A DNA stretch of 36,484 nucleotides from a virus (lineage: Duplodnaviria > Caudoviricetes), in the IMG/VR virus record IMGVR_UViG_3300031466_000068, positions 1-36,484 of that record. The stretch is one strand, 5' to 3'. Position numbers and translations under genes: made by a program. The notes beneath the pieces are model-generated. The model was given only the letters and a program-made list of their open reading frames with translations. It ran no database searches and was not told the DNA's origin. Each line of letters starts with the position of its first letter. Within the stretch, counting starts at the first letter, position 1. Of the stretch, positions 16,469 to 27,794 are shown in pieces.

Positions 16469-18188
16469 GAAAAAACACAAAAATTTCGACTTGGTAATGG
16501 AGTATGCCAAAAGCATTGTCAGCGGAAAAAAAGTTGCTGCATATGAATTGGTACAAGCTTGTCAACGATTTTTAAAAGATTTAGAGAACCCAAAATACGA
16601 GTTTAATCCTAAAGACGCAGAATTCGTTATTCAAATAATCGAAAAAACTTTTGTCCATGACCAGGGTGAGAAATTGGACGGCACGCCATTACGTGGAGAG
16701 CCTTTTTTATTAGAACCATGGCAGAAATTCATCATCTATAACCTTCTTGGGTTTTATCTTAAAGGCACCATTATTCGCCGATTTAAAGAAGCTTTCATTT
16801 TTATTCCAAGGAAGAATGGTAAAACGCGATTCGTCGCAGCCTTATCATGGGCCCTTGCTTTACTGGAAAGAAAATCAGGATCAAAAATTTACATTGTTGG
16901 TGCTGCACTTGAGCAATCATTGCAGAGTTTTAACTTTATCAATTTTAACCTTGAGCAGATGGGGGAAAGACAAAACTTTAGGATTTTGGATAACAACCAA
17001 GAACATTCCATATCCGGAGATTTAGGAGATGGGTCACTCTATATTAAAGCATTAGCTGCCAATCCTGATCGGCAGGATTCATTAAACTGTAATGTAGGGA
17101 TCGCTGATGAATTACATGCTTATAAAACCCCTAAACAATATAACATCATCAAGGAAGCGATGAAGGCTTACACAAATAAATTGATGATCGGAATTACCAC
17201 GGCTGGCGATGATATGACCAGCTTTTGTTACCAAAGACTCCAATACTGTAAAAAGATACTTGATGGAACTGTAAATGATGAGTCTTATTTTGTATTCATT
17301 ACGAAAGCTGACCAAGATGAAAAAGGCAATGTGGAATATACAGATCCTATTCAGCATGAAAAAGCTAATCCGAATTATGGTGTAACGATTCGTCCCGAGG
17401 ATATTTTAAATGACGCTCTTCAAGCACAAAATGACCCTCAGCAGCGGAAAGATTTTTTTGCAAAATCACTAAATATCTATACAGCAGCAACCAAAGCTTA
17501 TTTCAATATAGATGAGTTCAGGGCATCGGATCAAAAATATGATTGGACACTTGAACAGCTCGCAAAATTAAAAATTGATTGGTTTGGTGGTGCTGATTTA
17601 TCAAAGATGCATGATCTTACGGCAGCTGCACTCTATGGAAATTATAATGGCGTTGATATAGCCATTACACACGGCTGGTTTCCAATAGTTGCGGCTGCGC
17701 GTAAGGCTGAGGAAGACAATATCCCATTATTCGGATGGAAAGATGATGGTTGGTTAGATATGTGTAATACGCCAACGGTAAATCATTCCGACATTGTAAA
17801 TTGGTTTGTGAAGATGAAACAAATGGGATTTAAGATAAAAGAAGTTGGCTTTGACCGTAAATTTAGTCGAGAGTTTTTCTTGGCAATGAAAAGTAAGGGC
17901 TTTAGAATGGTTGATCAACCTCAATATTTTTATAAAAAATCAGAGGGTTTTCGTCGCATTGAGAAATCAGCAAAGGACGGAAACTTTTATTATTTGCATT
18001 CACAGGCATATGAGTATTGTGTTCAGAACGTTTCGGCAGTTGAAAAGACAGACGATATGATTCAATACGAAAAGGTCATGCCGGAGCACAGAATTGACTT
18101 ATTCGATGCATCCGTATTCGGTGCCATTCGCATGTTAGAAAACCTTGAAAAGGCATCAACTGCAAATCAATGGTTAAAAGGTAGGTGA
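16461..18188 (+). CDS. terL: Terminase large subunit
   Basis: LEPWQ, PRKNGKT (Walker A), ADELH (Walker B), ITTAG, GADLS..DLTA. Confidence 0.95.
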   Translation: MAKKKHKNFDLVMEYAKSIVSGKKVAAYELVQACQRFLKDLENPKYEFNPKDAEFVIQIIEKTFVHDQGEKLDGTPLRGEPFLLEPWQKFIIYNLLGFYLKGTIIRRFKEAFIFIPRKNGKTRFVAALSWALALLERKSGSKIYIVGAALEQSLQSFNFINFNLEQMGERQNFRILDNNQEHSISGDLGDGSLYIKALAANPDRQDSLNCNVGIADELHAYKTPKQYNIIKEAMKAYTNKLMIGITTAGDDMTSFCYQRLQYCKKILDGTVNDESYFVFITKADQDEKGNVEYTDPIQHEKANPNYGVTIRPEDILNDALQAQNDPQQRKDFFAKSLNIYTAATKAYFNIDEFRASDQKYDWTLEQLAKLKIDWFGGADLSKMHDLTAAALYGNYNGVDIAITHGWFPIVAAARKAEEDNIPLFGWKDDGWLDMCNTPTVNHSDIVNWFVKMKQMGFKIKEVGFDRKFSREFFLAMKSKGFRMVDQPQYFYKKSEGFRRIEKSAKDGNFYYLHSQAYEYCVQNVSAVEKTDDMIQYEKVMPEHRIDLFDASVFGAIRMLENLEKASTANQWLKGR

Positions 18189-18192
18189 TTAA

Positions 18193-19365
18193 ATGGCGTT
18201 TTGGAAGAAAAAAAAGAGATCAACGAATTATGTAGGCTTATTTATGAATGGCGGAGATACTTCCATGCTGATATCAGGTTATACTCGGCTATCTGATAAT
18301 CCGGAAGTAAGAATGGCTGTTCATAAAATTGCAGAACTTATATCAAGTATGACTATCCATCTAATGCAGAATACCGATAATGGTGATATACGAATAAAAA
18401 ATGAACTTTCTAGAAAAATAGACATTAACCCTTATAGTCTAATGACCAGAAAGGCATGGATCTATAACATCGTTTATACCATGCTTTTGGATGGAAGAGG
18501 GAACAGCGTTGTATACCCAAAAATGGATAGCGGATTAATTTCTGAACTAATTCCTTTGCAGCCTTCAGGTATAAATTTTATTGATACCGACGAAGGATAC
18601 AATGTTATTTATAAAGGACAAACTTATTCACATGATGAGGTTATTCATTTCATCATCAATCCGGATCCGGAACGTCCGTATATTGGACGTGGTTTTCAGG
18701 TTGTTTTAAAGGATATTGCAGATAATTTGAAACAAGCCACTATAACCAAAAAGAATTTCATGACTGATAAATGGCGCCCTCCCCTAATTATTGCTGTTGA
18801 TGCCATGACAGAAGAATTGGCTAATGAAACTGGTCGAAAAGAGATTCTTAAAAAATATCGGTCTGATACAGAGAACGGTCAGCCATGGGTCATACCGGCT
18901 GATTTAGTTAAGGTTGAACAAATCAAACCATTATCACTGCAGGACTTAGCTATTAACGATGCAGTACAAGTCGATAAAAGAACCATTGCGGGCATGTTGG
19001 GTGTGCCGGCTTTTTTTGTTGGTGTTGGAGATTTCAAAAAAGATGAGTTTAACAATTTCATTAATACAACTCTTTTACCAATAGCTAAAGGAATGGAGCA
19101 AGAATTAACAAGGAAACTGCTATATTCTCCAGACTTGTATTTCAAGTTTAATCCTCGTTCTTTATATGCCTATGACATAAAAGAGCTGGCAGATGTAGGT
19201 GCAAACATGTATGTTCGCGGAATCATGGATGGAAATGAGGTAAGAGGTTGGCTTGGACTTTCTCCTGTTGATGGCTTAGATGAAAGGGTCATTCTTGAAA
19301 ACTATATTCCTGCCGGCATGATCGGCGATCAAAAGAAACTGAAAGGTGGTGATGGAAATGAATAG
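18193..19365 (+). CDS. Portal protein (HK97 family)
   Basis: Size, position, IAGMLGVP and [11 protein letters not shown] motifs. Confidence 0.93.
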   Translation: MAFWKKKKRSTNYVGLFMNGGDTSMLISGYTRLSDNPEVRMAVHKIAELISSMTIHLMQNTDNGDIRIKNELSRKIDINPYSLMTRKAWIYNIVYTMLLDGRGNSVVYPKMDSGLISELIPLQPSGINFIDTDEGYNVIYKGQTYSHDEVIHFIINPDPERPYIGRGFQVVLKDIADNLKQATITKKNFMTDKWRPPLIIAVDAMTEELANETGRKEILKKYRSDTENGQPWVIPADLVKVEQIKPLSLQDLAINDAVQVDKRTIAGMLGVPAFFVGVGDFKKDEFNNFINTTLLPIAKGMEQELTRKLLYSPDLYFKFNPRSLYAYDIKELADVGANMYVRGIMDGNEVRGWLGLSPVDGLDERVILENYIPAGMIGDQKKLKGGDGNE

Positions 19366-19939
19366 GGATGTCCGTCAGACAAGAAGTCTACAGACGGAAT
19401 TATCGACCCGTGCCGAACAAGAAGGCCAAGACATGTTTATTGAAGGCTATTTTGCAGTTTTTAATCAGCAAACTGAATTATGGCCAGGTGCATTTGAAGA
19501 AATTGCTCCCGGGGCTTTTGATGAAACCTTAAGCAATGATATCAGAGCTTTAATAAATCATGATACAACGCTCGTTCTGGGTCGTAACAAATCAGGAACT
19601 TTGGAATTAAGAGCCGACAGCCGGGGACTATGGGGAAAAGTGAAAATAAACCCAAATGATACGGATGCGGTTAATTTATATGAACGCGTCAAGCGTGGGG
19701 ATGTGGATCAATGTTCTTTTGGTTTCAATATTTTAGACGAAGAGACCGAATACCGTGAAGATGGAACTATTAAATGGACCATCAAAAAAGTGGATCTTCA
19801 TGAGGTTTCTGTTTGTACATTCCCTGCTTATGAAGATACTGGTGTACAAGCCAGAAAAGCTGAAGTAGAACAACGTCAAAAAAGGCAGTTAGAACAACGT
19901 AAACACAATTTGAAGGAGAGGTTGAAAAAATGGCATTGA
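19358..19939 (+). CDS. Prohead protease (HK97 family)
   Basis: [15 protein letters not shown]...[20 protein letters not shown]. Confidence 0.93.
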   Translation: MNRDVRQTRSLQTELSTRAEQEGQDMFIEGYFAVFNQQTELWPGAFEEIAPGAFDETLSNDIRALINHDTTLVLGRNKSGTLELRADSRGLWGKVKINPNDTDAVNLYERVKRGDVDQCSFGFNILDEETEYREDGTIKWTIKKVDLHEVSVCTFPAYEDTGVQARKAEVEQRQKRQLEQRKHNLKERLKKWH

Positions 19940-21189
19940 AACAAATCATGCTTGCAAAAAAAATCGAGCAAAGAAAGACGGCACTTGCCGAACTTCTCAC
20001 GCAGGAAGAGGCTTTAAAAACGCGAACGGCAGAGTTAGAAACTGCAATTGAGGAAGCGCAAACTGAAGAGGAAATGGCTGCTGTCGAAGAAAATGCCAGC
20101 AACCTTGAAACTGAAAAAGCAGAATTAGATGCCAAAAAGTCAAAGCTCGAAGGTGAAATATCTGAATTGGAAACTGAACTTGAGCAGTTAAACAGCAAAG
20201 TACCGACTAACCAAAAACGAACAAAAGAGGGGGCCATTGAAGGTATGAACAAATTCCAAGTCCGCGAATTAATAAAATCAGGCGAATACTACAAACGGAG
20301 CGATGTTGTTGATTTTTACGAGCAATTTAAAAATCTGCGCGCTGTATCAGGCGGCGAATTGACCATACCTGAAGTTGTCGTTAACAGAATCATGGATATT
20401 ATGGGAGACTTTACGACTCTCTATCCTTTAGTTGATCGAATTCAGGTTAAAGGTACAACGCGTATCCTTGTGGATACGGATACCACTCCAGCAACATGGA
20501 TGGAACAAGCAGGCGCTTTACCAGCTGGCGATGTAGGTACAATCACAAATATTGACTTCGATGGTTTCAAAGTTGGTAAAGTCACTTTTGTTGATAATTA
20601 CTTATTGCAAGATTCCATCATCAATTTGGATGCTTATGTAACCAAGAAAATAGCACGCGCAATTGCAAAAGCGCTGGATGCTGCCATTGTCAATGGTGCA
20701 GGGGCTGCTAATAAGCAACCAACAGGTATCGTGCCAAGTCTTGCTGAAGATCATAAAGTATCTGTTAATGCAGATGATGATTTATTAAAAAATATGGTCA
20801 AACAACTCGGTCTCATTGATACCGGTGACGACAGTGTTGGTGAGATTATTGCCGTTATGAAACGCCAAACTTACTATAACCGCTTGGCTGAATACAGCAT
20901 CCAAGTGGATGCAAACGGTAATGTTGTCGGTAAGCTTCCGAATTTAAGACAACCTGATCTGGTTGGGTTGCGTGTTGTATTCAACAACAATCTCAACACG
21001 GATGATGTTTTATTCGGTGATTTTTCCCAATATACATTGGTTGAACGTGAATCTATCACGATCGATAATTCAACACATGTAAAATTTAGTGAGGATCAAA
21101 CAGCTTTCCGCGGCAAAGGTCGTTTTGATGGCAAGCCTGTTAAACCTGATGCTTTTGTCCTTGTCACTATCACTGATCCGGTAGCATAA
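19930..21189 (+). CDS. Major capsid protein (HK97 fold with delta domain)
   Basis: Coiled-coil N-terminus, GGELTIPE, QPTGI, LFGDFSQY, RFDGKP. Confidence 0.95.
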   Translation: MALKQIMLAKKIEQRKTALAELLTQEEALKTRTAELETAIEEAQTEEEMAAVEENASNLETEKAELDAKKSKLEGEISELETELEQLNSKVPTNQKRTKEGAIEGMNKFQVRELIKSGEYYKRSDVVDFYEQFKNLRAVSGGELTIPEVVVNRIMDIMGDFTTLYPLVDRIQVKGTTRILVDTDTTPATWMEQAGALPAGDVGTITNIDFDGFKVGKVTFVDNYLLQDSIINLDAYVTKKIARAIAKALDAAIVNGAGAANKQPTGIVPSLAEDHKVSVNADDDLLKNMVKQLGLIDTGDDSVGEIIAVMKRQTYYNRLAEYSIQVDANGNVVGKLPNLRQPDLVGLRVVFNNNLNTDDVLFGDFSQYTLVERESITIDNSTHVKFSEDQTAFRGKGRFDGKPVKPDAFVLVTITDPVA

Positions 21190-21202
21190 GGAGGCGATAA
21201 AT

Positions 21203-21562
21203 ATGTCTAAATATGTTGTGGTAAGAAATTTCCGGGATGCTGAAGACGATATGTTCACATATCGTTTGGGACAAACATTTCCCAGAGATGGATACCAGCC
21301 ATCTCAAGAAAGAATTAAAGAATTATCAACGGCCAATAATAAGTTAGGAAAAGTGCTCATTAAGGAAGTTAAAGAAGATAAAAAGACTAAATCCGAATTG
21401 CCGGTGGATCTTAGTGGTAACGCGGCAGCTGTAAAAGATGCCATTACATCCGATCTTGATAAAGAAACTCTTAAATTACTTCTGAAAAACGAAAAAGTGG
21501 GGAAAAAACGAAAAAGTGTTATCGAACATATTGAATCCCTACTCCAAGAAGTTGATGAGTAA
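21203..21562 (+). CDS. Head-associated hypothetical protein
   Basis: Follows capsid; Y.VVRNFRD...FPR...RIKELSTANNK.G..LI. Confidence 0.75.
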   Translation: MSKYVVVRNFRDAEDDMFTYRLGQTFPRDGYQPSQERIKELSTANNKLGKVLIKEVKEDKKTKSELPVDLSGNAAAVKDAITSDLDKETLKLLLKNEKVGKKRKSVIEHIESLLQEVDE

Positions 21563-21855
21563 TGGATCAACAAACTAGAGACATACTGCTTGAATTATTG
21601 AAATTGGACTTAGGCATCACTCATAGTTTGAGAGATGCCTATTTTTCCAATCTCATAGAAAGCAGTCAGAAAGAAATCGAAAGGATGGGCGTTAGCCTTG
21701 ACTTTACCATTGTGGATGATCAAATGCTTGTTGCTGATTATGCTGCATGGTCTTATCGTAAACGGCAGGAGGACATTCCATTATCTAAGAATCTTCAAAT
21801 CCGTATAAATAACCGAATTATTAAGAAGGTGGGAACACCTGATGCCGTCACTTAA
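21562..21855 (+). CDS. Head-tail connector (gp6-like)
   Basis: LLKLDLGITH..RDAYF; position. Confidence 0.8.
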   Translation: MDQQTRDILLELLKLDLGITHSLRDAYFSNLIESSQKEIERMGVSLDFTIVDDQMLVADYAAWSYRKRQEDIPLSKNLQIRINNRIIKKVGTPDAVT

Positions 21856-22186
21856 ATCTTCCATTGGAAATAATCAGCACATATCACTTGATGATGTGTG
21901 CTTTTTAATTTCAATTTCGACTGTAAAAGATGAATTGGGTCAGGATATTGAAACAGAAACTCAGAGGCAAATCTTTTGCTCAAAGTTAAGCATTACGCGT
22001 TCGGAGTTTTCGGCTGCCGGTCAATTGGGTTACAAGCCTCAAATTTTATTAGTTGTAGACTCCGATGAATATGATCAAGAATCCAGAGTGAAATATGGTG
22101 GGAAGACATACACCATTTATAAAACCTTTCCTCGTATGGATGGATACACGGAGCTATATAGTGAGGTGGACATTGGTGGACATTAA
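21842..22186 (+). CDS. Head closure protein (SPP1 gp16-like)
   Basis: DELG...SITRSEF.AAGQ.G.KP; position. Confidence 0.8.
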   Translation: MPSLKSSIGNNQHISLDDVCFLISISTVKDELGQDIETETQRQIFCSKLSITRSEFSAAGQLGYKPQILLVVDSDEYDQESRVKYGGKTYTIYKTFPRMDGYTELYSEVDIGGH

Positions 22187-22535
22187 AATCGGTAATCTGG
22201 TAAATGAAATCACCAGAGCTGTTCAACAATATACGCAAGACGTTAAAGATGAGGTTGAAAAGGCGGCTGATGAGATATCCAATAATATGGTGAAAGCTAT
22301 TAAACATGGTAGTCCCAAACTTACCGGGAATTATGCCAAGGGGTGGGGGAGAGTCAAAACAAAAAATGGTTTTATTATTCGCAATCGTACTGATTATCAA
22401 CTCACTCATCTATTAGAATATGGGCATGCAATGCGTTCAGGTGGAAGGGTGGCAGCACATGTGCATATACGACCTGTTGAGGAACATTACGTTAAACAAT
22501 TTGAAAAACGCGTAGAGAAGGTGATAAAAGGATGA
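22176..22535 (+). CDS. HK97 gp10-like neck/tail completion protein
   Basis: SPKLTGNYAKGW, YQLTHLLEYGHA; GAGGTG RBS before GTG 22176. Confidence 0.85.
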   Translation: MDIKIGNLVNEITRAVQQYTQDVKDEVEKAADEISNNMVKAIKHGSPKLTGNYAKGWGRVKTKNGFIIRNRTDYQLTHLLEYGHAMRSGGRVAAHVHIRPVEEHYVKQFEKRVEKVIKG

Positions 22536-22861
22536 CTATTATTAAACTTAAAAAAATATTAGACAAAACTGGTTATCCGGTCGCTTATTCTCATTTTGTT
22601 GCCACCGAACAAAACCCGGCACCAGACCCACCATTTATTATTTACCTTGTTGCTTATTCTTCCAATTTAATGGCTGATAACAAAGTTTTTAAAAAAATTG
22701 ATATTGCTCAAGTTGAACTTTACACAAAGAAAAAGGATCTATCGGTTGAAAAAGTATTGGAGGACTTATTTGAGCAAAACGATATCCCCTGGGATGCCAC
22801 AGATACTTGGATCGAATCTGAAAAACTATACCAACGAATCTATGAAATAGGAGTGATTTAG
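22532..22861 (+). CDS. Tail terminator protein
   Basis: GYPVAYSHF...ADNKV...VELYTKKKD; precedes major tail gene. Confidence 0.75.
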   Translation: MTIIKLKKILDKTGYPVAYSHFVATEQNPAPDPPFIIYLVAYSSNLMADNKVFKKIDIAQVELYTKKKDLSVEKVLEDLFEQNDIPWDATDTWIESEKLYQRIYEIGVI

Positions 22862-23431
22862 ATGCCTAACAAAGTGAAATATGGCTTGAAAAACGTCCAT
22901 TATGCACCGATTACTGTTGGCCAAGACGGAAAATTCACTTATGGTACACCAATACCCATCCCTGGAGCGGTTGAATTGTCTCTTGAACCGCGCGGCGATA
23001 TGGTAGAATTTTATGCCGACGATATGCTTTATTTTAGTGCTCCCAACAACCAAGGGTATGATGGAACACTATCTATTGCCTTAATACCTGAACAATTTGC
23101 GGTTGACTGCCTTGGAGAGGTGAAGGACGATACTGACATGGTGTTAACAGAAAAAGCCGATGCCAAGCCAAAGCCGTTTGCTTTTCTCTTTGAATTTGAT
23201 GGTGATGTTAAAGCGACTAGGCATGTCATGTATAACTGTACTGCCAATCGACCAAAGGTATCCGGCGCGTCTAAAACCGATTCAGTTGATGTTCAACCTG
23301 ATGAATTAACGTTTGTTGCAAGCCCTCGGCCAACGGATCGAGCAGTGAAAACAAAAACGACTGATACAACTCCTGCTGCTGTTTACGATGCATGGTACAC
23401 AGCAGTATATGAAAAGACACCGGCGGTTTAA
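22862..23431 (+). CDS. Major tail protein (phi13-like)
   Basis: NKVKYGLKNVHYA, FYADD, FAFLFEFDGD..ATRH..YNC.A.RP. Confidence 0.92.
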   Translation: MPNKVKYGLKNVHYAPITVGQDGKFTYGTPIPIPGAVELSLEPRGDMVEFYADDMLYFSAPNNQGYDGTLSIALIPEQFAVDCLGEVKDDTDMVLTEKADAKPKPFAFLFEFDGDVKATRHVMYNCTANRPKVSGASKTDSVDVQPDELTFVASPRPTDRAVKTKTTDTTPAAVYDAWYTAVYEKTPAV

Positions 23432-23445
23432 AAAGGTGATCTGAG

Positions 23446-23787
23446 ATGGAAAAAACAATAACTATTGACGGCAGAGACATTCGCTTTAAATCAACTGGAG
23501 CAACACCACTGAGATATAAAGCTCAATTCGGCAAGGATTATTTTGCAGAAATATTGAAGCTTAACTCATTAAAAAACATTAACGAAAAGGAAATTAAACC
23601 GGAAGACCTCGATGGAGTTGACTTTGAGGTCTTTTATAATATTGCCTGGGCATTGGCCAAGACAGCCAACAAGGATATTCCGGACCCGCTGACTTGGCTT
23701 GATGAGTTTGAAGAGTTTCCGATGATTGATATCATTCCGGAACTGATTGAGTTAATTCTTTCCTCGTTAAAAACAAAAAAAAAGTAA
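23446..23787 (+). CDS. Tail assembly chaperone (G-like)
   Basis: Between major tail and tape measure; ends in slippery A AAA AAG TAA. Confidence 0.88.
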   Translation: MEKTITIDGRDIRFKSTGATPLRYKAQFGKDYFAEILKLNSLKNINEKEIKPEDLDGVDFEVFYNIAWALAKTANKDIPDPLTWLDEFEEFPMIDIIPELIELILSSLKTKKK

Positions 23788-23996
23788 ATGAAAGAGAGCA
23801 AGGAACAGATGGGGAGGATATTACGACCGATTCGTTCCTTGCTCTTTCTTATAAGTTGGGATTGACGAAACCAGATTTGGAAGACATGACCGTTGGTATG
23901 TGCCTGGATTATATTTATGAATCTATCGAATTACATCAACCTAAAAAGAAAACGAAAGCAAGGCAAGCAACTCAGTCCGATTTTGATGCTTTTTAA
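23778..23996 (+). CDS. -1 frameshift extension of tail chaperone (GT-like)
   Basis: Heptamer AAAAAAG 23778-23784, 12-bp stem AGAGCAAGGAAC/GTTCCTTGCTCT downstream; -1 frame KVNERE...MTVGMCLDYI...ARQATQSDFDAF. Confidence 0.85.
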   Translation, partial: KKVNEREQGTDGEDITTDSFLALSYKLGLTKPDLEDMTVGMCLDYIYESIELHQPKKKTKARQATQSDFDAF

Positions 23997-24014
23997 TGGC
24001 AGGTGATAAAGCAT

Positions 24015-26921
24015 ATGGACAAGCGTATAAAGGGTATTACGATTGAAATTGGCGGCGATACGGTTGGACTTGATAAAGCTTTAAAAGATGTAAATAAACA
24101 AAGTTCGAATCTACAGAGTGAATTAAGTGCCGTTCAAAGATTATTAAAGTTTGACCCAGGAAATGTTGAAGCATTAACACAAAAGCAAAGCTTGCTTTCT
24201 CAACAAATAGAAGTTACATCACAAAAATTAAGTCAGTTAAAGGAAGCAGAACAACAAGTACAGGAGCAATTTCAACGCGGTGATATAACTGAAGAACAAT
24301 ATCGAGCTTTTAGGCGAGAAGTAGAATTTACGCAAGGTTCTTTAGATAGACTTAAGCAATCTTTAATTGACTTAGATCAAGAACAACAGCGTTCTGCCCA
24401 ATATACAAAGCAGTTGGATACTCTCTTTCAAGCCACTGGTACAAGCATTGATGATTACGCTCAAACTCTTGATATTCGATTGGTAAACGCCATTAAAAGT
24501 GGCACAGCTAATTCCAAACAATTGGATGATGCAATATCTAAAATTAGCCAAGAGGCACTGGGTGCTAAAGTTGATATTGAAAAAGTAAAGACAGCTCTGG
24601 ATTCAATTGATGATGGCAAATCTGCTGAAAATGTAAGGCAAGAGCTCCAAAAATTATCGAAAGAAGCTGACGATACCCGTCAAAAATTTAAGGAGCTTGA
24701 CATCGATTTAGAAAATGTTTTAGGTGCGGCAATGGCCGGTGGCGGGATCGAAGGCGCCGTTGAAAAGTCGTTGGACCTATCATCACTCAATACAAAAATT
24801 GATATTACTTTTGATGTTCCGGAGTCGTCCAAGAAATCAGTTTATGACGCAGTCAAAATAATAGAATCGTATGGCGTTGATGGCGAAGCTGCCCTTGAAG
24901 GGGTTCGTCGTCAATGGGCGTTAAACAAAAATATCAGCGATGAAACGAATGCCTCCGTCGTAAAAGGTGCTGCGGTTATAGCTAGCGCTTATGATGGCAT
25001 CGACTTTACTGAACTCATTCAAGAAACAAATGAAATTGCAAGCGGGTTAAAAATATCAAATCAGGATGCATTGGGATTAGTAAATTCATTGCTTAAAGCA
25101 GGTTTTCCACCAGATCAACTCGATATCATTAGTGAATATGGAGAACAATTACAGCGAGCCGGGTTTAATGCCGAACAAATTCAGGCTATTTTTGCCGCAG
25201 GAATTGATACTAAAACATGGAATATCGATAACCTAATGGACGGTTTGAAAGAAGGAAGGATCCGTCTTGCTGAATTTGGTCAAGCAGTTCCCCAGGCAAC
25301 GGCTCAATTATTAAAAAATACAGATATATCAACAAAACAGCTTCAAACATGGGGACAACAAGTTGCCGCGGGCGGAGCACAAGGCCAAAAAGCTATGGCG
25401 GAAGTTGCACACGCACTAAGTAATGTAAAAGATAAGACAACCCAAAACGCTCTTGGTGTTCAGATATTTGGGACTATGTGGGAAGACCAAGGAAGTAATA
25501 TTCTTTCTACCTTGATTGGGGCACAAAAACAAACGGTTAATTTAAAAGCAAATCAGGACCAATTAAATGATTCTGTTTCGAAAATGAATGCTAATCCTGC
25601 CATACAAATGAAACAGGCAATAACCGAATTACAATTGGCGATGACGCCATTGCTTACAGTGATCGCAAGCATAATTTCAGCAATTGCCGGATGGATTCGG
25701 GAACATCCACAGCTTGCAGCTGCCATTACCGCAGTTGTAACGGCCATCGGTATCCTTGTTGGTTTATGTATGGCTTTGGCTCCTGTTTTCATCACTTTAT
25801 CTAGTGCAGCGACAATGCTTGGTGCTAGCGTTGCAGCAATTGCTACTCCAATATTGCTAATTATCGCGGCTATTGGTGCACTAGTGGCCATAGGGACCGC
25901 TCTATATAAGAATTGGGATTCTATCAGGGAATATGCTGCAACCGTTTGGGCAGCAATATTGGGAGTTATCCAACCTGCAGTCGAAGCCATTAAAAGCTTT
26001 ATTTTGAATGAATTCGGCGCTGTTAAAGAATGGTGGATGGAGATTTGGCCGGACTTAAAACAAGCCTTTGAAAACATATGGAATGGGATTAAGACATTCA
26101 TTGAGACTTTGATCAATCAAATCGTTGCTATTTTTAAATGGGCATGGCCATATATTCAGCAAATCATTCAGACGGTTTGGGGAGTCATAAAGACTGTAAT
26201 TGAAAGCGCGCTAAGAATAATTATGGATATTATTTCTGCATTTGCTATGTTGTTTACCGGTAACTGGTCAAGCTTATGGAACAACATTAAAGATATCCTT
26301 TCAGCGATTTGGGATGTAATCAAATCGGTCATAGGCGGTGCGTTGAATATTATCCAAACGATTATAAGCGCAGCATGGAATGTAATAAGTTCAGTAACAT
26401 CGACAGTTTGGAATGGAATTAAAGCATTTTTCGACGGCATATGGAACGGTATACAAAAGGGTGTAGGGAAATTTAAAGAAGCGTTTCTAAAAACTTGGGA
26501 TGGGATAAAAGCAGGTATAAAATCAGTTATTAATCCCATTATAGGCTTTATAAATGGATTAATTTCTGGCCTTGAGAGTATGATCAACGGTTTAGCAAGC
26601 GCAATTAATAGCATTCCTAAATTCCATGTTCCTGATTGGGTACCTGGTATCGGCGGAAAAGATTTTGGCTTACCTACCATAGGTATGATTAGTTTGCCTC
26701 GAATTCCGTCGCTTGATGTAGGAACGAATTATGTTAAACGTGGTGGCCTAGCTTATTTACATGAAGGGGAAGCTGTTGTTCCTAAAAAGTACAATCCGGC
26801 AGCTGGTGGTAAACAGGAACAAAACATAAATATAAACATTTACTCACCAAAACCATTGGATCCATATGAAACATCAAGACTGACTCGTAATGCTCTTAAG
26901 GAGATGGCAATGCAAGTTTAA
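24015..26921 (+). CDS. Tail tape measure protein
   Basis: RIKGITIEIGGDT start, helical, hydrophobic stretch, Trp-spaced repeats. Confidence 0.95.
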   Translation: MDKRIKGITIEIGGDTVGLDKALKDVNKQSSNLQSELSAVQRLLKFDPGNVEALTQKQSLLSQQIEVTSQKLSQLKEAEQQVQEQFQRGDITEEQYRAFRREVEFTQGSLDRLKQSLIDLDQEQQRSAQYTKQLDTLFQATGTSIDDYAQTLDIRLVNAIKSGTANSKQLDDAISKISQEALGAKVDIEKVKTALDSIDDGKSAENVRQELQKLSKEADDTRQKFKELDIDLENVLGAAMAGGGIEGAVEKSLDLSSLNTKIDITFDVPESSKKSVYDAVKIIESYGVDGEAALEGVRRQWALNKNISDETNASVVKGAAVIASAYDGIDFTELIQETNEIASGLKISNQDALGLVNSLLKAGFPPDQLDIISEYGEQLQRAGFNAEQIQAIFAAGIDTKTWNIDNLMDGLKEGRIRLAEFGQAVPQATAQLLKNTDISTKQLQTWGQQVAAGGAQGQKAMAEVAHALSNVKDKTTQNALGVQIFGTMWEDQGSNILSTLIGAQKQTVNLKANQDQLNDSVSKMNANPAIQMKQAITELQLAMTPLLTVIASIISAIAGWIREHPQLAAAITAVVTAIGILVGLCMALAPVFITLSSAATMLGASVAAIATPILLIIAAIGALVAIGTALYKNWDSIREYAATVWAAILGVIQPAVEAIKSFILNEFGAVKEWWMEIWPDLKQAFENIWNGIKTFIETLINQIVAIFKWAWPYIQQIIQTVWGVIKTVIESALRIIMDIISAFAMLFTGNWSSLWNNIKDILSAIWDVIKSVIGGALNIIQTIISAAWNVISSVTSTVWNGIKAFFDGIWNGIQKGVGKFKEAFLKTWDGIKAGIKSVINPIIGFINGLISGLESMINGLASAINSIPKFHVPDWVPGIGGKDFGLPTIGMISLPRIPSLDVGTNYVKRGGLAYLHEGEAVVPKKYNPAAGGKQEQNININIYSPKPLDPYETSRLTRNALKEMAMQV

Positions 26922-26936
26922 AGGCGGTGCATTCAC

Positions 26937-27791
26937 TTGCAATACGAAAAACTTATATTTGATAACAATAGAGGGCAAACACTTGAAATATCAGTGTTGA
27001 GCCCTTTTTTCTTAGAATCGGCTGATGGTTTAGATGCAATGGAAAATGAACTATTTTCAACTACGAACTTTGCTGAGGATGGGATAACATATTCCGGAAG
27101 CAGAGTAAAGGAAAGAAATATAGTCTTAAAGGGACGTATTAGGGAAGATAAAGAAATTAATCGTCCGAAATTAATAAGTTTTTTTAATCCTAAACATACA
27201 TTTACATTGCAGTATACAAATGGACAAATTGAACGTTTCATTAAATGTAAAGTGGAAAAAACGCCTGTCATAACAAGAAAAAAATATCCGGAGTATATGA
27301 TTTCGCTTTTGTGTCCAAAGCCATGGTGGTATGACAAGGAAATAAAAATTGACATTGCTTCTTGGATCGGGTCTTTTGAGTTCCCATTAGAGATTGTTTT
27401 TCCAGGCATTGAAATAGGGTACCGCGAACCATCCTTAATCGTGAACGTCAATAATGACAGTGATAATCCTGCTCCCATGCGAATCGAATTTAGAGCTTTA
27501 GGGACACTTACCAATCCATCAATTGTAAATGTTGAAACTCAAGATTTGATAAAAATTGAAAGAGAAATGGAAGCAGGGGACGTTATTACGATAAATACCG
27601 AGCGAGGTAATGAGTATGTACAATTAACCAGGAACGGAATCATCACTAATGTCTTTAATGATCTATCAATAGATTCCAATCCGCATTTTATGGCCGATGT
27701 AGGAGACAACCTTATACGTTACGACGCTGAAAGTAATGTTGAGAACTTAGAATGTAGCATCTATTTTACTCCACAGTACGTGGGGGTGTAG
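26937..27791 (+). CDS. Distal tail (Dit) protein
   Basis: Follows TMP; GITY....KERNI, CPKPWWY, GDNLIRY. Confidence 0.85.
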   Translation: MQYEKLIFDNNRGQTLEISVLSPFFLESADGLDAMENELFSTTNFAEDGITYSGSRVKERNIVLKGRIREDKEINRPKLISFFNPKHTFTLQYTNGQIERFIKCKVEKTPVITRKKYPEYMISLLCPKPWWYDKEIKIDIASWIGSFEFPLEIVFPGIEIGYREPSLIVNVNNDSDNPAPMRIEFRALGTLTNPSIVNVETQDLIKIEREMEAGDVITINTERGNEYVQLTRNGIITNVFNDLSIDSNPHFMADVGDNLIRYDAESNVENLECSIYFTPQYVGV

Positions 27792-27794
27792 TAT

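Noticed and set aside
16088-27514. Minus-strand and alternate-frame ORFs over structural genes (e.g. 19782-20252, 25553-26116, 26168-26680, 26933-27514)
   Set aside because: Shadow frames of well-supported genes, with no RBS or motifs.
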